Part shown: piece after piece, positions 48,700 through 62,258 of the stretch
Layout of the letters: each line of letters begins with the position of its first letter
Position numbering within the stretch: the first letter of the stretch is position 1
Source of the DNA: Felis catus
Lineage: Eukaryota
Assembly: GCF_018350175.1 (NCBI RefSeq)
Contig: NC_058368.1
Coordinates: 128,466,001 to 128,530,000, forward strand
Reading direction: 5' to 3'
Length of the DNA: 64,000 bases
The notes under the pieces: generated by a model
The model's input: only the letters and a program-made list of their open reading frames with translations
Databases searched by the model: none
What the model was told of the DNA's origin: nothing
Position numbers and translations under genes: made by a program

Positions 48700-50250
48700 G
48701 TCCTAGCCTCACCTATAGGCAGAGGGAGCCCCTGATGGGTTTCAAACCAGTATAGTGGCCTAGCTGTATAAATGATGAATGTAAGGGGGTGAGCATAAGT
48801 GTAGGGACACCAACTAGGATTTAATTACAATCATCCCGATGAGAAATGCTTAAAGGCTTCAACAAGGGTAAAGATAGTTGGGTGATGTGCAGTGTCGTAG
48901 ACATGAAGTCAAGAAATATTTATGAGGCAACACAGGAAGGGTTAAGTGATTAACTACACAGGATTAAGGGACAAGGTAACATGACTAAAGTTTCTGGTTT
49001 GGTTTGAGTGACAAACGTCTATGGTTGCAACACCAGATGAGATTAGGAGCACAGAAAGAGGAACAGGTTTAAAGGGCAAAGGATTGGTAAATTTCAATGT
49101 GACAAACCTATGGAATATTCAGGTAGAGATGCCCAAAACGCATTTGGGAGAAATTTCAAGGTGGAAGATACAGATTCTGAAAGCTTTCACATCTAGACGG
49201 TGATTAAAACCACAGTAATGGATGAATGAAGAAAAACAGTGGTGTAAAGACAAACCAGTGGAGAATACCATCCTTTATAAGTGGTAGGCTGAGGGAAGGA
49301 ATCTTACGAGGAAGAAGACATCACAAGAAATTAGTACACGCAGAATCACAGAAAGAAATGTGGAGAAAATTCTGAAGAAGAAACGGTGACAAATAGCCAT
49401 ATGCATAGAGAAGTCCAGTGTGACAGAGCTGAATAGTCTCCACCAACTTAAGTCAAACTGGAAGCCCCTGTGACTTTACGATAAAGCTGACTGATGACGC
49501 AGAAACCAAAATACGAAAGCTGGTGAGTAACAGACGACACTGGATAGGCCACTCTCAAGAGGCCTGTTTGAAAAAAAAAAAAAAAAAAAGAGACAAGAAG
49601 ATATAAAATCCAGCTGTATCATTTTGGTAAAACCTTAAGTATGTTTAGAGTGAGAGGAAGAAACAACAGAGAGAAACAAGGAAGAACAACCAATGAAGGT
49701 CTGGAGGAGAAATGGAGAGAATGGAGACAGATATGAGATGGTGCTCTTCCTCTAATGGAGCAGGGTGCCACCTCATTCTCCAAGAAGGGAAAAGAAAAAG
49801 GAGGGCAAGATGTTGAGGAGTTTAATAAGACAGAAGAAAGTCTTTCTCAGGGCCTGCGTCTGGATTAGGGCCATACCTATGAGTTCCAATAATACCTTAT
49901 TGCCTCACCATAGCATTTACCATGTACTGAAACTGCCTAATTTATCTATACGCAGCACTAAACTGTAAACTCCAGGAAGGTATGGGCTGTATTTGTCCTG
50001 TTCACCACTCTATACTCAATGTCTAGCATAATGCCTGGCACAAACTAGGACCTAATTAAATGTTAACTTGACTAAATGGGGCCAAAAAATTAAAAGAGAT
50101 TCAGCAACAAAAGCTTCAATTTTTCTAGCAAAGTAGGAGGTGAGGCCAAGAATTTAGAAAATAGGGTTTGGTGGAATAGTTTTGGAGAGTATGGGAAGAT
50201 CAGGATACCTTTTGAGAGGAATGGAAAAATGAAAATCCTTCAAGGGCAAA
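48700..50250. mobile_element. Extended L2 fragments
   Basis: gagggagcccctgatgggtttc, taaagtttctggtttg, aggagcacagaaagaggaacaggttt; L2 3' end gtctagcataatgcctggcaca. Confidence 0.65.
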
Positions 50251-50322
50251 TTTCAAGCAGCTCTTCTCAATCGTAGTTGCACAATAGAATCACCTGAACA
50301 TTAAGAAATACTGATAATTGGT

Positions 50323-50531
50323 GGGGCATCTGGGTGGCTCAGTCAGTTAATAATCTGACTTCGCCTCCAGTCATGAACTCACAGTTCTACGTCGGACTCT
50401 GTGCTGACAGCTCAGAGCCTCGAGTCTACTTTGGATTCTGTGTCTCCCTCTCTCTCTCTGCCCCTCCCCTGCTCGTGGTCTGTCTGTCTCTGTCTCTCAA
50501 AAATAAATAAACATTAAAAAAGAAAAAGAAA
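50323..50531 (+). mobile_element. Can-SINE nested in a MER5-like MITE (about 50258-50656)
   Basis: TSD aagaaatactgat at 50303-50315 and 50532-50544; flanks tagaatcacctg...aaggttgagagtcactg. Confidence 0.88.
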
Positions 50532-50915
50532 AAGAAATACTGATGTTTGAGTTCCACTCCAAAATTTCCAATTTCATAAGCCTTGGCAGCCAAGGCATTG
50601 GCTTTTTTTAAAGTTCCCAAAGGATTCTGTTATGCAGTCAAGGTTGAGAGTCACTGAGTGGAAGGATTAAATAATGTTGGTCTGAGTGAAGCTGAGACTG
50701 GAAATCATGAATTGGCAGAGTCACCATTTCACCCAATTTTCTGCAATACTGTTCAGCTACCTGAGTATATGTGCGGAGGACCACTGGAGATTTAATTTGA
50801 AGTTGGTGCTTTGCCAGATACAAATGAAAGTGAAACAAGTATATTGCTGACAAACTGAGGAAAAACTAAGGTCCTTCTGAGTGTGAAGAGAGGGCGGTGT
50901 AAAAGACCTGAAGAG

Positions 50916-51128
50916 GAAATTAACAGAAGACAATGGAGGAGGGGAAGGAAAAAAAGGGAGGGAGGCAAACCATAACAGACTCCTAAAAACTGAGAATAAA
51001 CTGAAGGCTGATGGGGGGTGGGAGGGAGGGGAGGGTGGGTGATGGGTGTTGAGGAGGGCACCTGTTGGGCTGAGCACTGGGTGTTGTATGGAAACCAACT
51101 TGACAGTAAATTTCATATTGAAAAAATA
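50916..51128 (+). mobile_element. 5'-truncated felid L1 3'UTR with TSD
   Basis: G-rich tract, then gagcactgggtgttgtatggaaaccaac. TSD aaaaga(c/g)ctgaagag at 50901-50915 and 51129-51143. Confidence 0.88.
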
Positions 51129-51594
51129 AAAAGAGCTGAAGAGAGTGACAATGCAGTTGGAAGACGGGATAGTAATTTCTTCTCACCACGTGTTCATGTG
51201 ATACGGCTCAGAGAATGGTGATGAAAACAGGTGGTAACAGTGTTGAAGAGGTTATCACAGTTGGGTCAGACAAGGAACTTTGACATACTCACACACTGGC
51301 GTCAAAAAGGATTTTGCAGCTTCCCAGAGCAAGAGTAGGTGTGGGGATAGAAAAGTAGACTAATCAGATGCCAAAGTCCACAATGCATTGTAGAACTGAA
51401 GAGGAAAACTATGAACAAAGCGCCTTAGCAAAGGCAGAGAGCACAAAGCCTGAGAGGGAGACATTCAGAAAAGGAGAGTTTTGTTTTATCATGGAAGTGG
51501 AAAAGTAACAGTTTCATTCAAACGTGGCAAGGAGAAGACAGGGGAATTCTGGCCAGTCCACCTTAGACATGTACCTTTCAATATGATAGAAAGC

Positions 51595-52640
51595 CTCCAT
51601 TTCTCTCACCTCTACATCAAACCCGTCGGCAGATCCTGACAATTCTATGTTCTAAATATATTCTAGAATCCAACCACTTTTCACTCCAGTAGTGGCCCAA
51701 ACCACTGTCATTCTTATCTGATTTACTGCAATAGCCTCCTAACTGATCTTCCTGATTTCACCTTTGTCCTCGGTCAATGTATTCTTCACACCGGAGAAAA
51801 AAACAAAATAAAAAATACCCAACTCATATCACTTCTCTGCCTAAAACATGGCAATGTCTTTCTACCTCATGCCAGTAAAAGTCCAAATTCTTACAACAGG
51901 CTATAAGGCCCTCCATAATCTGGGCCCTACCTACCTCTCTAACTTTTCCTCCTTCCCACTTCTCTTAGCTTTAGCCACATTGGGTGTGGCTCCTTAGCAT
52001 TCCTTGCACACATCAAGAATGCTCTTGCCTCAAAGCATTTGAAACCGTTATCCCCACCACCCGGAATTCTCTCTCTCTCTCTCTCTCTCTAATGTTTTTT
52101 TAACGTTTATTTTTATTTTTGAGAGAGAGAGAGCGTAAGCAGGGGAGGTACAGAGAGGGAGAGGGAGAGAGGATCCAAAGCAGTCTGTGTGCTAAAAGCA
52201 GGGAGCCCGATGCGGGGATCCAACTCACAAATCATGAGATGGTGACCTGAACCAAAGTTGGACGCTCAACCGCCTGAGCCACCCAGGTGTCCCTGGAATT
52301 CTCTTCCTGAAGATAATCTGCCATGGCTGTGGCTTCACTTCCTTCAGCTCTCTGCTAAAATGTCACCTTCAGCACCGCACTAACACATCTAAACTATCTT
52401 TATTGCTTTATTTTTCTCCACAGCACTTTTTTAACATTATTTTTATATATTCCACCAATATTCTTTATTTATTTGCTTTCTGTATCATTCCCCACACCCT
52501 CCATAACACCCTAGAATATAAGTTCTTCAAAGGCAGGGATCTTTATCCATTTTGTGCATTGCTGCCTCTCTAGCACCAAAACAGTACCTGAGATGTGGCA
52601 GACACTCAAATATTGTTCAGTGGATGAATGGATGAACCTT
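51595..52640. mobile_element. L2 3' region interrupted by a Can-SINE (minus strand, about 52092-52293)
   Basis: aatagcctcctaactgatcttcctg...aaggcagggatctttatc...cactcaaatattgttcagtggatgaatg; SINE flanks ggaattctct at 52063 and 52296. Confidence 0.8.
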
Positions 52641-55600
52641 CTCATAAGTAGTGTACAGAAAGGGGTGGGAGGAAAGAGCCACATTCAGTCATGTTTGGAA
52701 AGTGATGGGACTGAGGATAGAAAAGCATTTGTGAACACGATGGAACACAGTTTAAAAGATAAAAGACAGAGATGAAAGTGTGGTTGACAGTAGGAAACAA
52801 TAGAAAGGCTGTAATACCCAGTAAGGGGTTTCTCTTTTAAGCAGTAAGCAATAATTACAAGAAAGAGAGGAAGAGTGGGAATCAACTGGTCTCAAATACC
52901 TTGCCTTTGAGACAAACCAGAATTTGCAATAACAGATTCAGCCCGGGTGGGAAGAGAAATATGACAGGAGCGCCAAAAGTGGAGGGAGATGGTATCCAGA
53001 GGTGGGTGGGTAGGTCATGTGGATTGATGAATCCTAGAGAACACAATAATCATACTAGTCTTTTCCATTATATATTTGAACACAGGGAAAGTATTATAAA
53101 ATATATAATAATACACATCCATAAAATATACAGATAGGCCCATAAGAGGAAGAAAAATAAGTGGCCCTCAAAGAAAATTGTGGATAAGAAAAGTAACTAA
53201 TAGTAAGATTAAATTAATTCATCCTCACTTTCTATTTATAGGTACAATTCATTTATGCAGCCTTACCCACTGGAATGAGTGTTCCACAGAAGTATATATT
53301 TTATATAACAGAAAGGCTAACCCCTAGGTGCAACCACTTTAAAAAGTACTTGTGGAAAAAAAAAAAAAAGTAAAACATTTTTTGAAAGATTTCAATCATC
53401 TTATATACTGAACTTTCCTGAATATAATTCAAGGATATTACTGAGAGCAGGGGTATCACAACAGTACCCTCTGTGACTACTGGGGCTGAAGGTATGACCT
53501 TTGCCTACAGTAAAAAGTTCCAAATTTCCAGGCATTTCAAATACCTGCATCTGCTTTTAATAGATTTCCTGTCCCCTCCCTTGTTAGCCATCACATTTGG
53601 CTTGTCACCAGCATTCCCATTGCTATAAGATCCTACTTATTCTAATTTACTGTCCCTAATCTGCTATGGGAGGGGAAATAAAATAACCAATAATGTTGGA
53701 CTATGTAAAATAATGCGAAAAAGAATATGATTAAACACCAGAGGCTCTCTCTAAAGATCAAACATAAGTTTACTCAATGGACTTCAGGACACTGTTTTCT
53801 CTGCTCAGGTATGATTGCTCTGCTTTCTTACTGGTTTCAATAGCATTTTAGGATCAAAACTTCCTGATAAATGCCTTCTGGGTTAGCATACTGTTCCTGT
53901 ATTTACGTGACCTTCTTCATTCAATTCTAAGAAAATGATTATTATTAAGGTCTCAGTCTTGTTTAACAAATTAAAAACTAACACAGATTTAGGACAGGAT
54001 TTGTATTTATCCTGGGTCTGCAAAAGATTATTTCCAATTGAAAATGAAATCTATAATTTGGTTATTTTAATCGAATAAAAGATTTTCCCAAGGAAAATGA
54101 AGTTACATTTCTAGGCTAGTAGACATATTGATTTAATGCAAAATATATGTAAAATATATTTGTAGTAAAGAATAGTGTTGCTAAATACCATTACTTAATG
54201 TTTAAGTTAAATAATTTTGATATGAAAGATTCTGGAAGCAACAACTTACACGAACATTTCCCCCCACTATTTATCTGGATAGAAAAATATAGCTTAGTTC
54301 AATCTTGTCTTGGTGTGGGCCTCTCTATTTACGGCCTTTCGAACAATAGCTCAGCATCAGCAAACAGAAATTACAGACAATACAAGATTAAAACAATGAC
54401 TTTCCTATAATAGTGGTCTTGGTGAATATTTACAAACATATTTCTAGGTAAACAAAGAAAGACTTTTCTTTCTAATTAGTTATACACAAGATACTTAAAT
54501 AATTTCCATGGAGTCTTCTTCTGGTGGGGGAGGAGAGAGGCAAGGGAGAAATTCTAGTTCTTCCGGCTTTATCTACCATTATGAGTTTTAACCACTTGAT
54601 CTTTGAAATATTTCACAAGTACAAATTGTAACTGCCCCTTCATAAAGTAATTACCTAGAAGAAGCCACCTTGGTTAAAAGCCTCAAAGTAAATGAGCATG
54701 TAGTTTGATCACCTCACCTGCAATGATTACCAATGAAGAGAAATAAAGAAATGTCCAGAATCTCAAACAAAGCATTTCCCAACCCAGTTTCTCCAAGACA
54801 AGTTTTGGCACCACAATCCACCCATGCTTCCAGGCTTCAAACCTTGTCCTCTATCTTTCGCTCATCCAGACCTTCTTCTCCTCTTTTCCTTCATTCCTCT
54901 GCCCTTCTCAGTCCTTTCCATTCATACAGGCACATGCCCATCTAGGCTCTGTCCTGCTTGACGGGCCAACTTCTTCTATTTCACATCTGACAGTGTCACA
55001 AGCCAGCGACCTGAACTGCCCAGCTCAAAGCACTGTGACCAGGTCTTTTCTCTTTTCAGAACCCTCCAGTAATTTATAATGTCGTGTTGAACCAAGCTGT
55101 AATTCGTACTTATGGACTTAACTGGACTTCATTTACCCTTTACTCTCCCCTCATACTCTTGATTCCTGATCAACTACTCTTAGTCAAGACGATTTTCTTG
55201 CTGTTCCCTGAATTCTCTGACACACCTTCGCAATAACTGAAACAGGAATAAATTATTCAGAGACACTCAAGATTTTGCCTTTTCTTTAAAAGTTTTGCAC
55301 CTTTAAGAGGATAACAATTGTTTATTTTATTACAATGGTGTGATAATTGTACTGTAGTCATTGTTAAGTTCTTATCTTTTGAAGATAAACTGAAATATTC
55401 ACAAATGAAGTAAGATTAGCCATGAGCCTGGGTGATGTGTACATCCAGTTCATTATATTGTTCTCTCCTTTTATAAATGAGGTTTTTTTTAAAGGAAGAA
55501 ATAAAATTTCCATATTGCAAATGCTTGTAAAGGTTTTTATTAAAAGTATGCTAGATGATTCTTGTTCTTCATCTAAACAGTTCTCAACTTTTTTCCTCAA

Positions 55601-56544
55601 GAAAAATTTCAACCACATTTTAAAAATGGCCTTTAAGAAGCCGCAAAGCAATTTATTAAAATGTTCACAAGAATAATTTCTGCTTGGTGGTATTACAGGT
55701 GATGGGTTTTCTGTTACAAGTTTTTGTTTCATTTCCCAACTTCTAAAATCTGCATACGCTTTTTCATAGTCAGAAAATAATCTGATTTTTCTGATTATAT
55801 GAAAGTATTATTTTTCACATCGGGCATTGAAAATCTGTCTATATCATAAATCTCTATAGTCTATGTTTACCATGAAAAATATGAATCAAAAACATGAACA
55901 TGAAACTCCAGTTATCTACAAAATATCCTGTAGTTTGACAGTACGATGGCAAGGCAACATTTTTATGGCCACTTGGGAAGTGCATCCTAAAGAAGATAAT
56001 TCTGGAATGATAGACTGGTAAGATTATGGACTCATTTTTTGGCAAGACCATCTTATTGACTCCTACAACTGAGTGCTCATAATGGACACTCTAAGAGCAA
56101 ACGGTCCAGAGGAACTGGGCATTTCTGGGAATGTGATATACAATATTGTACACAATTTTCATTTTAAGCTTGGCTTGGGTAGGGTTCTTGCCTGGATACT
56201 GATACATAGCTGTATTTTTGTTTTGTTTTCTCCTCTTGCTGGTGTTGGTTTTTGCTTTTGTTTTTTAGGTGAAGATGGAGATAGAAGAGAGGGAAAGTTT
56301 CTCTTTATCCTTGAATGAGAGAAAACAGTTTATGTGGTTTTGACTTTTTTGCCCCCGACATCATTCTCTCCTCTTCCATCCGCACATCACTTTATTTGGT
56401 GCAGAACTAGTTGCCCATTCTCTATGTGAGACCTAGCTGAGAGGCTCTCAAAGACCTTGCTCACAGTTCTATAACTCAGACTGAGAGTCAGTATCAGAAA
56501 CTACAAGGTCACTGGAGGAAGGGCTCATGTCTCCATTCTTTACT

Positions 56545-57440
56545 CAATAAATATTTGAGCACCTACTATGTGCCAAGCACACTTCTCCACACCAAAGATA
56601 CACCAAGATCTCTATTCTCATGCAGTTAGCTTGTATGGGAAAACACACAAGTAAACAAAGACAGACACAAACATAAATAAGACAAATAGTGACAAAAGTT
56701 CTGAAGAAAACGAAACAAAACAGAGTGATATGACAGGGTTACCGAGGACAGAGGGCTGTTAACAGTACAAGGGTAGTTAGAAAGATCTAGAACACCTGAG
56801 TAGATATGAAGGGAAAGTGGTCCTGGAGGGGACAACAAAGGCAAAGGTCTAGAGGCAGGAACAAACTTAGTTTAGGTCAGAGGAACAGAAAGCAGAGCAC
56901 AAGGAGGAGAGAGATGCTGGATGCCTTGGGGAAGTGGATACATAAGGTCTTGAGGCCTAAATTAAAGAGTAGGGGTTTTATTCTAGGTCCATCTAGGGAA
57001 ACCATCAGAGGCTTATTTGTTGTTGCAGTAAACTATTTCTTTTCCTTTTTTAAAATTATGGTAAAATACACATAACAGAAGCTTTACCATCCTAGCCTTT
57101 TTTAGGCATATTGCTCAGCAGTATTTAGTACATTCCTATTGTTCTGCAACCACAGCCACCAACTACCTCTAGAATTCCACATCTTGCAAAACTGAAAACT
57201 CTCATCAGAGGCTTTTAAGCAAAGCAGTGACATGATCTGACTTATGTTTTTAAAAATTAACTTGGTTGCCTGGTAAAAAATTGATTGTAGTGAGACAGTA
57301 GGATCAGGAGTTTATTGAAGTAGATAGATTGAGGATACATTTTGTGCACATAGCTGACACAATTGCTGCTAATTTGGATGTGGGCATAAGATAAAGACAG
57401 AAATGAGGAAAGGAGATGACTTCTAGATTTTTACATCTCC
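56545..57440. mobile_element. L2 fragment with a nested L1 3' end (about 57015-57202, minus strand)
   Basis: aaatatttgagcacctactatgtgccaagcac; TSD catcagaggctt at 57003-57014 and 57203-57214. Confidence 0.75.
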
Positions 57441-58479
57441 AGCGTCTAGCCCAAGCAAATAGGTAACATTCAATTCATAAATAAACAGAAGCCTTTTTTT
57501 CCTAGAGAACTAGGACAAGAGAAATGAAAACTACCATACATGCAGGAGATGATACCTTTTTTCGGTCTGTACTAATTGCATCCTTGTAACACGGATAAAG
57601 TCTACACAGTTGGTTCATGCCAACATTATATGTTTAATTCCAACATTAACATAAAAGGCTAATACTTTTCCACGCACACAGTTAAATTTTAACAAGCATT
57701 TTACATGTATTACTTCATGTCTTTCCTAAATCAGTAGCTTTTATCCTGTGAGACTACAGTGCTATGGGCCATGTTCCTGAAGATTACATATGCACAAACA
57801 AGTTTGATGTTTGGGAGAGTTATGGACCTTCTGAATTCCATCCATGGACCAGCAGGCTAAGATGCCCTGCTCTACCTTGTGTGAGTTGCTATTGTCTATC
57901 ACTATGAGAATCTAGACCTTATTAGTCCAGCCCTCAAGACTTTGAAGAAATACTTTCGAACAGTTTACCTTCATTAACATCCATAATAAATGAGTTATCA
58001 AGAGCCAGTACTAATGTAAAAAATATCTTTGCATCTTTAGCAAAACTGTTATTGCAAGTATTATAAATGGAGTTATTCAAGATCCTCTTTATAACACCAA
58101 TGTGATAAATGCCTTCTACAATTCATTTCTGGGAAAAATATTACCTTACAACATTTTTGTTTTATTGTTTCAAAAAAACTAAACCATTAGAGTCGTGGAA
58201 ACATTTTCTTATTTTTTCAATATGAGCTCCCGGCTAACAGTTAAAATTTAGTGTTCTGTTTATCACAACCACATTACCTACATTTTCCCCTTGTAGGCTT
58301 GGGTCTTCAGGTACTTATTGTGAAAACTTCAAATCTTTTTTGGAAAAAAGTGGAATGTAAATTATACATTATCTCATGCAAACTTTGCAACTGTCCTATT
58401 TCCTAAGCATATTATCTGCTCTCTTCCATGCTATTTTTCTAAACACGAGAAAATAGACTCGAAGGCCAAATACAGCAAG

Positions 58480-60100
58480 TGGCAGGATGTATAGTTAGAT
58501 TATCTGTATTACAGATCCAGGTTTACCACTTGCCACCCAAGTGACCTTGGCAAAAATCACTAGAATTTCTCAGAGCCTCAGATTTCCGGTTTCTAAAATT
58601 CAGTTAAAAGCCCACATCACACAGGGTTGCAATAAGGACTGAGATGATGCATGCGAAAAGTTTTTCATGACATATAAGAGCAAAGAGGCAGGAGGAGGAG
58701 GAACAGCAGCTGCTGTAGTCCATGCTTGCCTGTTAATAAGAAGATGACTAACAACAGCCCTTCCTCTGTCTGCTGATGAAAGGCCAAAGGTTGGGACTCG
58801 GCAGATTTTTCAGGGGGTGCCCAGCAAAGCAATGGGCACAACTCATTCCACCCCTACCCAGCCCCACAGATGCCTACTTCCCTGAGACTGTCAGGCAGCC
58901 ACCTAAAGGGCGTGGACTTGGGCTAAGGAAAGAGAATGAGGCCAGGAAGGGATTGTTAGATAAGACAACAGGGCTTGGCCAGGAAGGTTTAGTCATCTTT
59001 GCTAAGATAATGTATTTTTCTTCTTTTACATTTTCAGTCATAGTTCAGGGTCAGGTTTTAACATACACAGGCCTCAGGACAACATTATATTGTTTGAGTT
59101 TCAGGTTTCCCTCATGTAACACAGGGGAAACATAATACTGGCACTGTTCATATTCTACAGTAAAGTGTAGGGAATAATCAGTGTTGTTACTTGCAGACAA
59201 AGATGGGGTGGGGCAATTTAAGAACTTCAAAATTCAGTAGTAAAGGCAGCCTGCTTTCTGGGGAAATAAAGAGTGTAGACTCAGCTGATTGGCTCAAAAG
59301 GTTAGATGTCATGAGGATTGTCTTTGTATTAGGATAAACTATATGCAATTGCCAATCAGAGTTAGGGCTAACAAAGAAAAATAATTACTAAGCTATAAAA
59401 GCACCTGGACTCTGATCAGGAGAAGGTGTTTCCACTTCCAGGATGATAAATCAGCTAGTGGCCTTGGCGAAACAACTTGGCTTCAATGGGCCCCAGTTTC
59501 CTCATCTATCAAAGAGGAAGCCTAAATGATCTCTAAGGTCCTTTCCAGGTTAAAACACTTCAACATGTCATTAAGAAATTATCTCCATGCTCATGTGCCA
59601 ATAAAGGTTCCACCTCCTCCCCATAGGTGCCAAGACAACTCTGAGGTGTATCCTGCCCTGAGGGAAGCCCAGCTGCCCACAGTGGCAGGAGCAGCATCTT
59701 GACCAACAGATCCTATCCTAGCTACCTCCTCCCCCTCTCTCTGTTGATCATGTCTAGAATCACCCCTCCAATAAAGGGCTTACCAAAACCACAAAACAAC
59801 AAGACCCCTATATTTGAAATTCAGATGAAAAGTACTACCTTATGAAGTGGTAAGAGCAGAGGCATATGAGTGAGTGCTAGAGTTCAGACTAAACTGGATT
59901 GGATTCCCAGTTCTGTTACTAACCACATGACTCTGGACACATTGCATAACTCTGATATGGCATGAGTCTCCTCGTCTAGAAAATGAGAACAAAATGACCT
60001 TCCTGGCAGGGCTGCTGTGCAGATTACATGAGATAAGGCATATAGAAAATGTTTTACAATGCCTGGCATATACCAAATAGTCAATAAATGCCATACTTTT
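58480..60100. mobile_element. Several MIR fragments (about 58480-58670, 59400-59550, 59870-60100)
   Basis: gtgaccttggc...gagcctcagatttcc; ccccagtttcctcatct; aatgcctggcatatacc. Confidence 0.6.
59247..59356 (+). repeat. 110-bp direct repeat, copy A
   Basis: Ungapped match to 61421-61530 with 98/110 identity (manual count). Confidence 0.95.
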
Positions 60101-61018
60101 ATTTTTCTGCATTTAAGTTTGGTCTTTTTTCACTAACTTGTAATACTTCAGAAGAAAATAATTACTATACTGCCATAACTGGTATTTGAATCTAGAATAA
60201 GTTACACCTCACCTAATCCAACTTTCAGATTAGCAGCACTACGAAATTTATTAACAAACTAGCTAATCCTATACTATGGTTTTTTTCTTTTTTTCCAGTT
60301 TTTGCTTTCAATTTCTATGGCAGTCACTTAATGGAGGTGGAAATCAGCTCTAGGTTCTATATATTGGTTCACATTACTCATACAAACTTAAATGCTATAG
60401 GGCTGCTAAAAGCCTAACTCAAAATAGTATGAGTTATATGCCATTAGCATAATATGGTAAGCAAAGAAAAAAATCTATATGTGCCCCGCTTTTTACATTC
60501 CCAATGGCAAAGTTTTACTTTGGTAATGTAGTAGGCCCAAAGAACCTCTACAGAGGCAAAACTTCTGACTACTCACTATCCTACAGCATAAACTATTACA
60601 GTTAGACTAACAGCATCAGCAGTTTTGACTGGTTCTGGTTAGTTAATAAAAAAAAGTTGTTTCAAGAATCAAAAAATTATATACACACCACATTTACTTT
60701 ACCTTAACACATAAAAATATGCATTAATTCCCCAATTTCCCAAAGTAATTCCAAGATTTTCCTTGAAGAATTCCTCCCCAATATTTTTATTATATTAACT
60801 ACACTCAGAATTTATTTTCTACAATTTCTAGTTTTAATTTCCTAAGTAGATTGAGAACTAAAAAACAAAGACAAAACAGCAAAACAAACTTGTAAAGCAA
60901 GGTCAGGATATTTTCTTCCAAATTTTCATAATTTTCTCTCCAATTTTTTAATAGTTTTTCTGCCCACTTTTTTAGTCTCTCACTTTTATGGACTCTTTCT
61001 AAAGAATTCAACATTCCT

Positions 61019-61235
61019 GGGCACCTGGGTGGCTCAGTCCATTAAGCCTCCAACTTCGGCTCAGGTCATGATCTCACAATTCGTGAGTTCAAGCTCCACA
61101 TCAGGCTCTGTGCTGACACCTCCGAGCCTGGAGCCCGCTTCAGATTCTGTGTCTCCCTCTCTCTGCCCCTCCCTCTGCTCACACTCTGTCTCTCTCTCTC
61201 TAAAATAAACATTAAAAAAAAATTTTTTTTTAAAC
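61019..61235 (+). mobile_element. Can-SINE
   Basis: TSD aattcaacattcct at 61005-61018 and 61236-61249. Confidence 0.92.
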
Positions 61236-61420
61236 AATTCAACATTCCTTTCACAGAAACCAATACTCTTCTTTTGCACTCATGTTTCATAGATTTACAT
61301 GACTATTACTGATATTTAAATGATCTAATCATAATAACACGTGTAACTGCCACCAACAGGCTTATGATAAATACTGTTGAGCCAGTAACCCAGCAGTTGT
61401 AGAAATGAACACGCTGCACT

Positions 61421-61530
61421 CAACCTACTTTCTGGGAAAATGAAGAGTGTAGGCTTGGCCGATTGGCTCAAATGGTTAGATGTTAAGAGGATTGTCTTTG
61501 TATTAGGATAAAGTATATGCAATTGCCAAT
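61421..61530 (+). repeat. 110-bp direct repeat, copy B
   Basis: Matches 59247-59356 at an offset of 2174 bp. Confidence 0.95.
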
Positions 61531-61581
61531 ATCTAACTCTTTTACCTAGAGCAATGGCAAGTGCCTACGTTCAACCTAGTA
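61501..61581. mobile_element. MADE2-like Mariner MITE (about 80 bp palindrome)
   Basis: tattaggataaagtatatgcaattgcc...ggcaagtgcctacgttcaacctagta: degenerate inverted termini with TA ends. Confidence 0.7.
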
Positions 61582-62062
61582 TTTTTAAAGAAATATTAGC
61601 TATACTTAATGTTAAATATATCTACTAGACATTTTTTTCCCTCCCTTTAAACAATGATTAGTAGTTCCTGCAGCTTTATTTTTCAACTTCCACTCTACAT
61701 TTACTCAGGAACTCACCCTGAGCTACTGAATAATCAGTATCTGGACTCTGGTTTCCTAGGAATGTTACTTCTGCCTCCCACCTTGCTTCAAGTTAAAGAC
61801 ACACCTGTTAGAATTTCAGAGACTGAAGGTATAAGCATGTGCCTTCTAGATAACTGAATGAAAAACATCAGAGGGATTAAAATGTGAGATCAGCATTAGT
61901 TTGTTTATTTGTTTCTGAGATACAAATCTTTTTAACCCACAGAATCCAACACAGCACTACCTGCCGAGAGAAGGCAAGAAAAAGACAAGCAAGAAGGGGA
62001 TTGGGCAGACAAGCCCTTGGACAGACCTAGGGTTAAGTCATCCTTAAATATGAGCACCCTTT

Positions 62063-62258
62063 AGGGGCTCCTGGGTGGTTCAGTCGGTTGAACGTCTGAC
62101 TCTTGCTTTTGGCTCAGGTCATGTGGGATCAAGCCCCACATCAGCCTCAATGCTGAGCATGGAGCCTGCTTAAGATTCTCTCTCTTTCTCTGCCCCTCTT
62201 CCCTGCTTATGTACACACTCTCTCTAAAAATAAAATAATAATAATAATATAATAATAA
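62063..62258 (+). mobile_element. Can-SINE with (AAT)n tail
   Basis: Head gggggctcctgggtggttcag; flanks taaatatgagca on both sides. Confidence 0.88.

Noticed and set aside
822..61290. Recurring 60-80 aa ORFs such as MAQSVKRPTSAQVMIS... and FERERETE...
   Set aside because: These are translations of Can-SINE sequence, not genes.
12733..62258. tRNA genes suggested by A/B-box-like motifs
   Set aside because: The motifs are the tRNA-derived heads of SINEs, followed by CT tracts and A-tails, with no complete cloverleaf.
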